Positions 36,240 through 48,831 of a stretch of DNA of 64,000 nt are shown here, one piece after another. The notes below the pieces were generated by a model. That model did no database searches, was not told the origin of the DNA, and saw nothing but the letters and a program-made list of their open reading frames with translations. The stretch comes from Phoronis australis (lineage: Eukaryota > Animalia > Phoronida). The DNA lies in contig NMRA01000411.1 in NCBI GenBank assembly GCA_002633005.1, forward strand, positions 101,266 through 165,265, read 5' to 3'. Made by a program: the position numbers and the translations under genes. The first letter of the stretch is position 1, and every line of letters begins with the position of its first letter.

Positions 36240-39200
36240 TATTGGCCACGTTTGAATAAAGCTATGGACGTTTTAGTTTGTTTAATCTTTCCAGAAAGGA
36301 TTATTCAAACTAGTCATAATCGTGTCACTTTGCAGTTGTCCCTATAGTATCACATTTACTATCAGGGCATTCTCTAAACAACATTTGGTTTCCCCCAATA
36401 TTCCTCACTAAGATAAAAGACAAACACTGGTGGCACGGCCCGCTTGATCTACATCAAGCAAATTAAATAAATTTACCAAGTTCTATATTAAAACTGGAAA
36501 AAAGAATGCTAAGTTGCTAAGTGGCATTTTAGAGATGACTTGGCAAAATTCCAGAAGTGAAATGAACACAAGAGCATAACCACAGAGCCGTAGAGTTACC
36601 GAAACGGATTGTTAGTTAACCGTGTCACACATGCAAGGATCTGAAACAGGAATTGAAACAGAAACTATAAGACCTGCTTTTCACTGGGGTTCAGACTGAA
36701 ACTTGTCTACAATAAACTTCCAACAGTGGAACTAATGTTCATCAGAAACAAACAATCGCAATGGTCCACACTGATCATTTAAAAAAAAACAGCTATTGAG
36801 TAGTTGAGTAGGAGGAAGGGCACACTAGTAGTCACTAGCTGATCCTAGACATCAACCTAATCTCTAACAGAACAGCTCAAAAACAGGATGTTAAAACAAG
36901 AAGTCCTTTGTCCAATCGAGGGCATTGTGTTTATCATGAAAACACCAGTCCTTGGCAGGCTATCTACAATATACACACACTTCAAACACAAATTGAAACT
37001 CTAAACACAACTGTCATACCTCATTTTGATCATAAATCTTTCTCAGCACATAGAGATATGTACAGAACTGCCTGCCAACACACACACAGCTCACTGTGAA
37101 TTCAATTGTCTGTTCCCTAGGTGGTCACAGTCTGTTGTGAGTGTGGCCAATTTTGCTATGCCTAATCACAGCTCCTTTGTTTCAATAAACAAATCCATCT
37201 AGCAACCCGCCCATCAGATCAATGTCGCATTGGTGAGCCAGTAGATTCATCAATTTTTGTGTCTACAACACATACCTCGTTTCAATATGGTTTGCTAACT
37301 CCGTTAACGTTACGCATCCGGTTACCCTATTCGTTAGGGCTGACGTACATAGCAATTTAATTAGGAAACTAAAAATCGGAGATGGGCATTGTTTCGAGCA
37401 TTTGAAGTCCCATTACGCAACGCCTTCTATGGTCCATATTTTGAGGTGGAATCCTTCATTTTGTATTTCAACACATCGAGTTAGCGCTCCTAACTACACG
37501 TGATGATAGCACGGAGAGAACGCCGTTCATTGATTGTGTCAACACGAGGATTTGACGCTAATTTGATTTGATTTATTTTAGTCCGAAGTTGTGATTACCG
37601 ATTGACGTAATTAGCGTTGGGTGCATCTTAAAAAATTTAGAAAATTACATAGAAAGTCAACATCGTTTGAACAGGCTTATTGTTTGGCTGCCACCAACCA
37701 AGACCAGGTGAAATACCAATTACTTTTAATGATGTAATGAACATGGGAAAAAATGGAAAATGATATTTACGGCAATTACATTTGCTGGAATTCAAAGAAA
37801 CTTTCCCACTCCAAAGCTTTTCCTACTCAGTGCCTCATTTGTGTCCAACATAATTACTTGCTACATTCAACATTCTCCCACCAGCACCATCACACAACAT
37901 GAAGCTTAGGCAAACATCATGTGACCTGCCTGCTTTCAAGCCCATTTTGTAGTCAATAACTTGGCCTATTCCTGGAACCTGGGATTTTATTACCATCCTT
38001 TTCCTCCTGCACTCACATTTAATCAGGCGCAACAATGCAACAACAGTCAACAAAGAAACTGTGTGGGTTACTTATAATTACATGACATTAATATCTACTG
38101 TATATGCCTGTATTAAGACCCATTGTGGCTACATGTGACATACACATTCATTAATGCATTTCCAAAGTGGTCAAAACGTCAGCGTTTTTGCAAGCAACAA
38201 TTTTCGCTTGTGGAAAAAACGTAGTCATGTGATTAGTCTGAAGGGCCACTTTTGCTGATGGTTTGATTTACCCCAAAAATAACGGTGTATTGAATTGATT
38301 AAGAAGCTGTTAAAGTACATTCGCAGTTTAGCATAGTATTGCAAAACCACAAGCTGTCACGAGACTTCAACTTAGAAATGATGTCCGTTCTCGAAGACGG
38401 CTTTCGGTATCACCATTCGCTAGTTGCAATTGCGAGTCAAAAACTACTGAGTAATCTTATTTTAGCACTCGTCTCTATTTTAATACTACCTGTTCAACAG
38501 GAAGCAAATTAGTTATCGACATCACGACACTCGCGTCATTATTTATCAAACAGTACTGGTAGGGTAAAGCAGGGGAACTCCAGGCCTCCAGCCAATAGGG
38601 GACATTGGGAAAATACATGCAAGGTTCGTATTTGTAATTTCAAAAACTTTCTGGGCCCAACTATTTGTACCTGATTCGAAAGACCTCCTGCCAATTGCAA
38701 TGAATGTCTGGCTACAAGGAGATCTTTACTGTAAAGTAGCAGTGTACCTACCAACTTTCAAGGATTTTTTATATTAAAAGACCGACTTTTGAATTGGATT
38801 AGCCGCATTTTGTTACTAGCACAGATGGAATAAAAAATACAGGGTGGATCTGAGAAAAATAGACAAGTCATCATAGCTCAATATTGACAATTCTAACTCA
38901 ACCATTCCAGGCATAGGTGTCTTCAGGGAGGCAGAACCCCCTACTCCCCCCCCACACGTGGCCAAAAATGCTGCAGGAACACCAGTTTTAGGTGTAACAA
39001 GAACACATTCGAGATCCACATTCTGTATATTACCATTTTATATGCTGAATTCAACTTCTGATTGCTAGACAGGAAAATCTGGTTTTGTACTCACGAACAC
39101 TAGACAGGCTTACTGCTTCAACTTCTTGTAAGAAGTCAATCCACGTGTTATGACAAATAATAGGCGCGATGTGTTTACAACAGTCGGTGTATTTTATCGA

Positions 39201-41053
39201 GCGCGAGTACTGGCAAAATAGCACAGTTTTAGCCTAATACCCCTTCAAAATGACTAAAGGATTTCAGATGTTTTAGCCAACCAGGTCAACATGTAAAGTT
39301 CAGTGCGCGTTTAGTCAAACAAAACCACGAAGCAAGAACATAAAATTGGCCATCAGAGATCTAACAACTCACAAGTCGCCTCACTATATAATGATTCAGA
39401 CATGAACTGAACAAGGCTAGCCATCATTTCAGAAATGACAAAACCCAAGCACCCCAGAGACAGAATTAGAGGCCTAATCAGAGCCACTTTCAGTTCAGTC
39501 CACAAAACCTAGCCAATTTGAAGCAGGAAATCATGTGCGGTAACTGCAGCTCTAAGCATGTCTAGAGACACTGCCAATCCTCACTGGAACAGTCCCTTAG
39601 TTTCTGCAATCTCAAATATACTATGATGAAATCTCACCAACTTCCAACAAAAATAATTGACAAGGTCTTTTAACACCATTGTGAATGCCTACAATTCTTC
39701 AAAATGATTTCTGATGATAGGTATGATACAGAACTTGAACACAGTAAAGCATAATTTGATGCTCCAGTTGTCTGCCATGTTGTGTCTCAAACTGTAGATA
39801 TTACACCCTAAAGGTCAGGAAGGCTTTCCTGGAGCTAACTAAGCGGTCTTCTTCGATCTGGGATGGGGGGGTGTGGTCAACCAGTGGACATGGTTATCAG
39901 GCCACTTCATACTAATATATTTCTGGTATTCTTGAAAGAATTGAGCATCCTTTTTCAAACAGAAGAGGTGAAATGAGATTAAATCCATCACATCCGTGGA
40001 AGTCGCAATCATTCAAGTTTCCCCGTTTTGAAGAAGAGTGACATACGCCAACAGGTGCCCCTCAATCCTAATGCTTGAAAGTTTCCACTGGTCAACAAAA
40101 CATTGCTTAAAAATGTCTCAAGCAATTCCAGTAAAGATTAACCATTTTTCCTATTTCCACTACTAGAGATGTGTCAGGCTTCGGCCATGGTAGTTTTTTT
40201 AATTTAGATAAACTTTCTAAGTAGATGGATTCAAGTGGTAACAGTTTACCAGTACTATATCTTCCTTTACAGAACTATAACACTGAGCAGACAACTTCAT
40301 TTCCGACAGACACAATGGAGGATGAAAGTCTTCATTAGGGCAACATCAACAGCAATCTTTATAAACCATGCTTTTCCACAAAGAACATTGCAGTTTACAT
40401 CACTGGACGATTGATAACAAGAGCGGAACATGGAACAACTTTGACAGATACTTGAGAGCACAACGACAGAAGACAAAGATGGGAGTATGAAAGCCAACAA
40501 GTGACACATTATCTCATTACAAAACTCAATAGTTTAACTCGTGCAGCTGCTGAAGCAAAATGAGAAACAAAGACAAACTGTCGAAATAGGGATCACAAAA
40601 ATAATCATAACTAGACATGAGCTGGACATAGCCTTGGAGTTGGAGAACCAGTTTCATCTACATAATAACGCAAGCTCTGTAGTACTAACTGCTTGGTTCT
40701 CGGTCAAAATCAGGGACCTTGTTTTCAGATATTTGGATTGTGCCAACAATTGAATTGTAGAAATCAACTGTGTATCAGGGAATGTGATAAACTTTTCATA
40801 TTACGTTACCATAGGGCATAAGCTTGAAGGTCACATTCGCAAGCTATCGGAGAGGGGAAACAACAAACAAAACCGAAAACAGACCGCATGGTCACTCGAG
40901 TTGCTTTCGGCCTACAGAGTACAGTATAGACTATAGTCGGCCTATTGATCCTTAGGCCTACATGCTTATTCTGACCAGCTTCAGACATAGGTAGTAAGTT
41001 TCAAACTCAACAAGATAAGGGGAGACGGAACATTTCAAAATAGTAAAACTTAC

Positions 41054-41360
41054 CTCTTGTGCAACTCCAAACCTAAAAACCTTAATCTAGACAGTCTAAC
41101 GAAGTGATAACGTCCGCATTCCACTGTGCTCACACGGCAACTTCCAAGGCGCGAACAGATGCGTGAAACAATTCGTGAAGTTTTCCACGATTTCTTCGCC
41201 AATTCTTGTGATTCTTGAGTCCTAGTAAGCTTAAGTTATTCCCCCGGCGTTCCCTTGTGTAAAACATGTACAGAAATGTTAAAATAACCCCCGAAAATTG
41301 GGCTCAGTTGAGCCAGTTTAAACGCGCGACATCTCTTCTCTGAACTTGGGGAATCAACTG
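41054..41360 (-). other. Candidate non-coding first exon of HIPK (proximal)
   Basis: Strong donor GAG|gtaagt at 41054 in a CpG-enriched segment; in-frame stop upstream; 7-codon uORF at 41119-41096; 5' boundary is a guess. Confidence 0.5.
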
Positions 41361-41592
41361 CAATACATCTGCAATGGAGCATCGAAAGGAAATTGGTTTT
41401 CGGGTAACTCCAAATACTTACTGCTTGGCTTCAGTTTTTCACTCTTAAATCTCAGCTTACTCTTTAGAATTTCATTTTCACGTAATCTGTGCCTTTTTCT
41501 AAGTTCATTGACACTTAGTAAAAGACGTTTACAAAACAAAAAACGTTCTTTGGACAAGTGAATCCCTTACAAGTAATAGGGCCATCATAACG

Positions 41593-41643
41593 TGACGTCA
41601 TGGACATCTCCATGCTACGAGATTGCTAAAAATAACTACCAAT
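41593..41643. promoter_or_regulatory. CRE (TGACGTCA) and CCAAT box, candidate proximal HIPK promoter
   Basis: TGACGTCA 41593-41600; CCAATCA from 41639. Confidence 0.45.
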
Positions 41644-43514
41644 CAGGAAACAACGGTTGCTCACCTGTATTCAAATCACCTTCACAACACTTTGAAAACA
41701 ACAAGGCTGCAACAAGTGGAATGCATTGACATTTATGGAAAATTCATTGAATGACTTGTTGATGTGTCAAAATCCTCAATCCATCTAGCTTGTTTGGTCA
41801 GAAAACATAATTATTATTAATATTATTCCAGCACTGCAAACGGGAGCAGCTGGCGGACTGAGAGGACTATAGGATCATAGATCAGGCATGTGGGCAAGTT
41901 TGCAGATTTGGGCACTTGGGTCAAAAGTGTTAGAATTATTATATGATTTGAAGTGATTATGAAGCTATAGACTAATATTTTGGAATCAATATTGAGCGAC
42001 CCTCATACCTTCATGTTGACCTGGGAGTATAGTTCTATAGATTGACTGATGCAGTAACAACGTAATTTGAATTATTTTTAAAAAATATTCATTTTGTGAA
42101 GTAACGCAATACAATTCGATCTCGGGTCGATCTTCTCAAGTTGTTCCCCGAAAGTCACTATTTCACGACTGCGGCACCAGCATGCTAACGAACTCGAAAC
42201 TCCTGAAAAAAAAACTTTTATGCCGTCCGGCCACTGGGATTCTCGACAGTTCGTCACATTTGTTTTTTAAATAACCGTATGAACCACCAAGTCTGCTAAG
42301 TTTCCACCGTCAACTTATTCAGTGTACAAAAGGTGTGTTTTGAAAAGCTAAAATTTTGACTGACTTACAATTCACGTCATATACGGGGTTCAGACTTCAT
42401 ATGGCGCCTTCAACCGACGTGGACCTTCCTGCGCATCAGCTTCCTATCACATTGATATAACAAAATGACATTTGTCGGTTGTTTTGCCAAATGGCAATAA
42501 AAACTATTGTTGCATGACGACCAAATATCTTTCCCAGATAACCTTTTGTTCCTTTGTCCGTTTGCGAGAATATCCAGGATTTATTTCAAAAAAATCCAAG
42601 ACTATGTTTTGGATAAGACGTGTATCTTACTGACAGAACGTATGAACAACATGCGATCGAAATCCCAAACAAAGCCTTCTTCCATGAATTTCTTAGCATG
42701 TGCGCATGTAATCGTATAACATATAATACAATCATCATTGACTTCGCATTCGGTCAATATGATGGTTTTCAGACCAAAAAACGAAGTCATGGCCACAGTT
42801 TGGGGTCTGAAAACATATTGATCTCGGTGAAAGTCAATATCTGTATAATATTGACTCGATCGTTTTTATTTCAGTTAAGAAGTAAAAATAAATTCCAGAC
42901 AAAACGGGTGTTTTTTTATAAACTCATGGTTACTTATATTAAGTCTCGCCCAAGGCTGCGTTTTTTGCGTTACTGTCCCAGTGTGACGCAGTTAAGTTAG
43001 TAAATAAACGCACGCAATTTTGATAATTTGAATAAAATGGCAAAAAATGAAACCCATCCGTTTCGTTTCTTGATCTTTCCTTATTTCCCACTGATAAAAG
43101 TTCCACCAGAGATTCGCCTCACTTTTCCAATATTGCGCGTCGCGATCGTATTGGCTTCCGACTGATGTGTAGGGCGAACATTTTAAACATTGTGTGCCCG
43201 GATCAAAAATATCATAGGCCACCGGGTACAGTAGTGCACTAGCCTGGGGGGGGGGCAACCAACACAACTGTTCACAGCAATAAAAAGCAAATTGTGAACC
43301 GACATGTATCCTCTGCATAGTACTGGTACGATGTCGATGTAACCACGTATGGTATTCTCTTATAAGTGTGGCTATTTGTTCTCTGAGCCGACTTCGCGTC
43401 GACGGTCTCGCCACCTGGCGACTGGTCTTGTCTCTGCTGGGAATTTGTCTACGTGCTCTGTGTAATGAGTGTACCAATGTTGTTTACGTCTGCCTTGCCT
43501 GGCGAAACACTCAC

Positions 43515-43800
43515 CTTTTGCTCGCGTGATATGGCACGGCCTTGCATCTTTTCACGAGTTTCTAGTATCTACGAAACACACTCCAATTAGCTAAAATTGT
43601 TTTGTAAAGTATCCAACACAAATATTTACGGGCTTTCCTTTCAGGGGGCCTGTGGAATGATCGCTGGGACAAGAGCAGAGGCCAGAATCTCATGATTTTT
43701 CATAGGCGTGAGAGAGCTAGTTTAAACGCTGGTGTTCTATAGCATTGCGAAGTCGTTTTTTCAAGGTTTACCCAGCCTTGACAATACCGGAAAGTAGTAT
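43515..43800 (-). other. Candidate distal first exon of HIPK
   Basis: Consensus donor AAG|gtgagt at 43515 in CpG-rich sequence just downstream of a CRE/CCAAT/E-box cluster; 5' boundary is a guess. Confidence 0.45.
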
Positions 43801-43859
43801 AGTAAGAGGTTTAGCCGCCCTGTTTTGAGGGTCTCGGTCAAAGGTCATCTATGTGAAAG

Positions 43860-43930
43860 GTCACGTGGTATAACTGCGATCGTGACACCTACCGGACGGA
43901 TGTGTCAATGACGTCATAGGTTTAATTGGT
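43860..43930. promoter_or_regulatory. E-box (GTCACGTG), CRE (TGACGTCA) and CCAAT cluster, candidate distal HIPK promoter
   Basis: gtcacgtg 43860-43867, tgacgtca 43909-43916, attgg 43925-43929. Confidence 0.5.
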
Positions 43931-46844
43931 TAGACACCTCGTTTTGCGGCTCCTAGCAACGGATTGAAACAAAAGAGGGATGATAACAAAACGTGGATGA
44001 GTTCGTGTGCCTGTCGTTGTATATTGTGTGTTTNTATTATTCTGCAATATCCAAAGAGAGCGTCACAATATGCCACCAAGGAAATGCGTGCACCTAGCCT
44101 AAAATATAGGGGCGTCGAATTTTTCGATATGCGGACCTTTTACTAAAAGAAATCAACGAGGACTAAAAAAAAAGAACGTAACCACTAGCTTCAGTCAGGC
44201 CCACAAACCGTGCATCCGCACCGACTTCCCGTGGATTGTGTGTACTTTTGTCTCCTTTACTCGGACTTTTTGTTTCACTGAGGCGGACCTTTTTGCCCAA
44301 TTCGCCAAATTGGGGGACTGGTTCGAGCGCCCACGAAGGAGAATTGAGGTGCTCGCAATCACGATGAAACAGGTCACCGTGATCTACGGGTCAGTGACAA
44401 AGAGATTTTGTCAATGATTAGATTTCTGCGAGTTTTATCAGTTAAGAGTCCAAAAAACAGGAATGTTTCTGTCTTGAACTTTTCGATTTCTAAGAGCAAA
44501 ATTCAATGTTTGTCTATAGTCTCATCAGTGGCCGAAAACGTCAGAGTTCCGCTAAAAAAAGGTTACCATTGACTTGGTGTAAACTCACTGCTTTAACTTC
44601 CCAGCCAACAAAACCAGTTCCTTCAACGAATTTAATGAAACTCGTTATTGTTAAAATTGATCTATTGGCTCAAGCTTCACCTTGATCATGCGCGCTCAAA
44701 CAGGAAACAATCACGCTAGCAATGTGTGTGTCGGAAAGAGAAGTTGCGGCGTACCTTGAGAGATATACTGAAAATTGGCATTCACTGCCAGCCATAGAGC
44801 CGACAAACATTTTTACATTGAGTAACAGCTCGAAAATATTTCGATCGACGTAATTCTAAAAATAAATGTCACAAGTCTTCAAGTAAACATTGGAAAAAGA
44901 ATGTGAAGACTTTTCAGACTGCAGTGCGGGGGCCCTGGTAATCATCTTTTCACATGTACGTCCCGAAATTCGTCATAGTTTAGCTTTGCTAACAATGGTA
45001 TCAAGTGCAGGGCGTTTTATAGCAACAGAATCTTATGACAGCGCAACGCCGGCGGACGGTCTGCGTAGGCACCCCATGGCCGTGGGGTTCCCGGGCAAGT
45101 GCGCAATGGACCTTGTGGTTAAGACGGTCCCGGTGTAAATTTCTTCGCCTTAGAAGATTACAAATCTATCCATCGATGTACCGCAATACAGCGGTGAATC
45201 GAAGAGTCGCCTGACGCTATACGAGTTTGTCCGTTACTAATCAATTGACTTGGCTAAAGCACACAAAATAAATCGCGGATAAGTAGGCTATCAATCTTTT
45301 CATTATTACAACGTCAAAACTACTACCAACACAGACCAAAGAAATTTTGAACATTACAGTTCTAGACGCTGTTTGCAGTCGATAATCCCAGGGTGATTTT
45401 AGTCTCTCTTAAAATGAGATTGAATTCATTACTATATGGTCAGCCTCGGGGTGACCAGCTAACTGGACTTAATAGAAGCTTTGAGATTGTTCACAAATTC
45501 GGTTTTAATTGCCATTTGTCACGTTGCAATTATTGACTTTGTAGTTTACGTTGCAGCAGAATCTCCAGAGACCATGCATGAAAAATAATATTTTTCTTCA
45601 TCCGAGTGCGGCAGCTCCCATCTCATTGGAGTTATCTCCACATTTTACTACAAGTTGCAAAAAAGCATGACATCACGTTGTAAGAAGGGTCGTCAAAAGC
45701 AATACTAAGCGAACATTTCTGATTTTGATTACTGGGCTTCGTTTCTTTCTCTTCTCCCCTTTCTCTTAAATTGCCTTTGTATTTTTAACGTACTCACAAA
45801 ATGTCCGACGGCGTGTTATTTGGCAGTTCTCAGTGAGCCACCCCGCGGTCGAGCTGATCTCGCCACCAGAGGTGGTGCTAGAGGCCGGTAGCATGAAACA
45901 GTCGCACTGTGGGACTCGACTATGTTCCCTAAATTGTTGTGGTCTTTAAGCAAATACAGATTGTCCCTTCTTCTTCCTTCTGAGTTTTGCGGGCTGCGAT
46001 ACATAACGAGAGGTAACTATACGTTGAAGATAAATAGGATCTTAGTCATGCGACGTCCCTAATTAATTTCCGCATCCTCGTATAAGCAAAATGAGCCGGT
46101 CACGAGTAAAGATAACGACCGAAACGTACAATATTAGACTTGGGCTTTTTGTGCGACTCGCGTGGTCTCCAGGTTGAACTAGATTTATGTCATGATAATT
46201 TTGACACTGGCTGGAGATTCTGACAGACGAGAGAATTTTGAAATTAACAAGGACTTAACAATTTTCCCCCAACACCGTCAAGGCTTTCTTGGACCAAAAC
46301 CCAACATCTTTTTTCTGTATCATGCATTTTTCCAGAGTAATTGTTTCAAGTTTGGAAGGACTTATCGAGTTTATTCAGTCTAATCTTATAAAACATCACA
46401 AGATTTTTTCTGCACATAACCAGTCAATAGTTACGCTGCTTAGTGCCATGTATTCGACTGAAAAGATTCTCTTCACTGTGAGCTAAGTCAAAATTTAGGC
46501 CAAAAGGCCTACCCAAGGAAATAAGCAAATTATCCGCCCTTCGCCATTTTTCCCTGTGCACCAACCAGAGACCAAGTCAAAGTACTTACATGGGGACTGT
46601 ATTACCGGTCAAGCCAGACTACCCATTCGAAATAATACGAGAATAAAATGCTCACGAAAACTACACCTAAGAACAAAATACCAACCCAATTTCGGCAGTA
46701 GATACCCACCGATCTCTCAAGCGGTAACGTCACCCAGATACCTGAAAGTCGTGGTTTACTCAGACATCCCTCCTTAAAAAGTTGCCCCCCTTTCATAAGC
46801 ACCCTCCCCCAAACACTCTCTATAATGCAGTGGTTGCTAAGCAA

Positions 46845-47131
46845 CAGGGGTTCCTTACAGGAATAGTGACTACGACTTCAGACAGAAATTTAGTCTTACA
46901 CTCCAACTTCAAAATTGCTGAAAATAAGTTCAGCTTAGCAATTACCTGCGCATCACAGTCTAGAAATAACTTCTAGAAATTATCTCAGTAATTAACAATT
47001 ATGTATATGCCCTCAGAGACTTAGTATTTTTGCTCAAGTGAGACTTAATTATCATTCAGAACAGTTACGTGGAGGGCAAAACCAAATTTCTGACTCAAGT
47101 CTAAAGTCACTTTTCATTGAAACGACCCCTG
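46845..47131. mobile_element. Degenerate MITE
   Basis: Imperfect TIRs caggggttccttacaggaatagtgact / agtcacttttcattgaaacgacccctg. Confidence 0.45.
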
Positions 47132-47188
47132 GTGTTGATCAGAGATTACGTATGAAAAAACCTTTGCAATAAACATTTGAAACATCAT

Positions 47189-47194
47189 TTTATT
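47189..47194 (-). terminator. Candidate SETDB1 polyadenylation signal
   Basis: AATAAA on the minus strand about 1.5 kb after the stop, followed by U/GU-rich sequence. Confidence 0.4.
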
Positions 47195-48424
47195 AGAAAA
47201 ATGCAGACGACATTGAGTAGAAAAGTCTTAAAATGAACACAACAGGGAACTTGAGGCATGACCTGAAGGAGAGATAGGTTAATTCGTTGTGTTAAAAATA
47301 TGAACTAACCCACTCCTCAGACATTTTTCCATGACAGTATGGTTAGGAAAATTTCTAAATTGTACAAACATACCCAAAGCTTACATAAGGTCACCAAATA
47401 CATTTCTAGTAATTCTTTTGATAATTAAATTTCAATTCATAAAAGTAATTCATGTTTCTTGCGAAACAATAACAACCATGAAGTAGTTTCTCAATGTAGC
47501 ATTTAAAAAACAGGGAAAAAAACAGAAAAGTTCAGTCTTTAGTGCAGACAAGTTAATAACCTGATCAAATTGTACCATTTCACACATTTTTATGAATCAA
47601 AACCTTATGGCACCCATCAGATCCTAGAGTCGGCAATTCTCACCACCTCTATTGATGTTAGCACCTGTCGTCTGAATACTTTATATTTTATATCATATTT
47701 AAGTTATGCCCAGAAAGTATTACTGCTGTGCCGTGGGCTGCAATGCCGATTCAAGAAAGTGGGATAATCTAGACAAATATCCATGGATGCAGGATGTCAG
47801 TTTAACCCCTTCTCGACGGTTCTGAAGGACAAGAGAACGAACCAGGTCGTGCGCACACCCCCACCGTTGTACAATCAATATTATCTTACCTCTTAACTGA
47901 GAAGAGCGGGAGTGAAGAATGCGAGAATTAAAGTCACAGGTAATGCGTAAATGCAGAATCTTTGAATTTGAAATTTCAGAATGAATGAACCTCAATAAAT
48001 TTTGTTCTTAATTTGTTGAAGGCTTTGATTTTCTGATAACAGAGATCAAATCCTATCGTGAAAAGGAATATTACGAGACCAATTTTACAAGCATAAGTGG
48101 CTTGATTAATTTTTGACAGCTAAATGCTGAGAAAATGCAGACACCTTACCAAATGGTGATATCTCTTATTCTGTTCAAGCATGTCATTCCAACAAGTTCA
48201 ACCAGGCATGTTCAATAAGCCAGATTTCTAAAAGCTTTGTCGAGATCCAGAAATCTAAAAAAACGTGCATTACAAACACAGCACATGATTGAACAAGCTT
48301 GTACTCTATGCAGGACAAGCACTAATGACCGGAATGTGACTTAAACATTGAACAATTGAACGATTCCAACTAGGATGTTATACATCATCAAGTTTTTCAT
48401 AAACTACTTGAAGCACACTGTAGT

Positions 48425-48462
48425 GTTGCTGCTGCTGCTGCTGCTGTTGCTGTTTTTGTTGT
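48425..48462. repeat. (GCT)n/(GTT)n microsatellite in the SETDB1 3' UTR
   Basis: Directly visible. Confidence 0.9.
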
Positions 48463-48713
48463 TCAGAAGTTGCTTTTAAGCAAAGAAGAGTTTAAAACAT
48501 TTTTAATCCATGACATCTGCACCTTAGGTTATCCCTTTCAGTCATTGGTCTACAACACTGAGCACGTCATAAACAAAACAACATCTCCAGCAGAGGAGTG
48601 CTGAACTTGTCTTTAAAGCAACTCTCTGCACATAAAATACGATTTTCGCAGCAATATCGACATTTCTTGGAAATCCCAGCTAGATCTTGAGAATTGGCCA
48701 ACATGGGCGCTAA

Positions 48714-48831
48714 CTACAGCAGTCTTCCCCTACAATCGGCAGCGCCACAGTAGCAGTAGAGAATCTTCCCAGGTACACTTCCCACTTCATAGTTGTAGTC
48801 CCAGGTTAGCTCAGTACCGGCACGGATATAC
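48714..48831 (-). CDS. SETDB1: SETDB1 last coding exon, SET end and post-SET ([38 protein letters not shown])
   Basis: ELxWDY and CxCxxxxC motifs; TAG at 48716-48714. Confidence 0.96.

Noticed and set aside
42992-43477. 161-aa minus-strand ORF near the HIPK promoter
   Set aside because: TTG start, no recognisable domain, and it runs through repeat-like sequence just inside the candidate first intron.
44318-44335. tRNA T-loop-like ggttcgagcgcc
   Set aside because: No acceptor, D or anticodon arms.
45040-45140. GC-rich, potentially structured segment (ccccatggccgtgggg)
   Set aside because: I recognise no ncRNA family; consistent with CpG-rich promoter-flanking or repeat sequence. An Rfam search would be needed.
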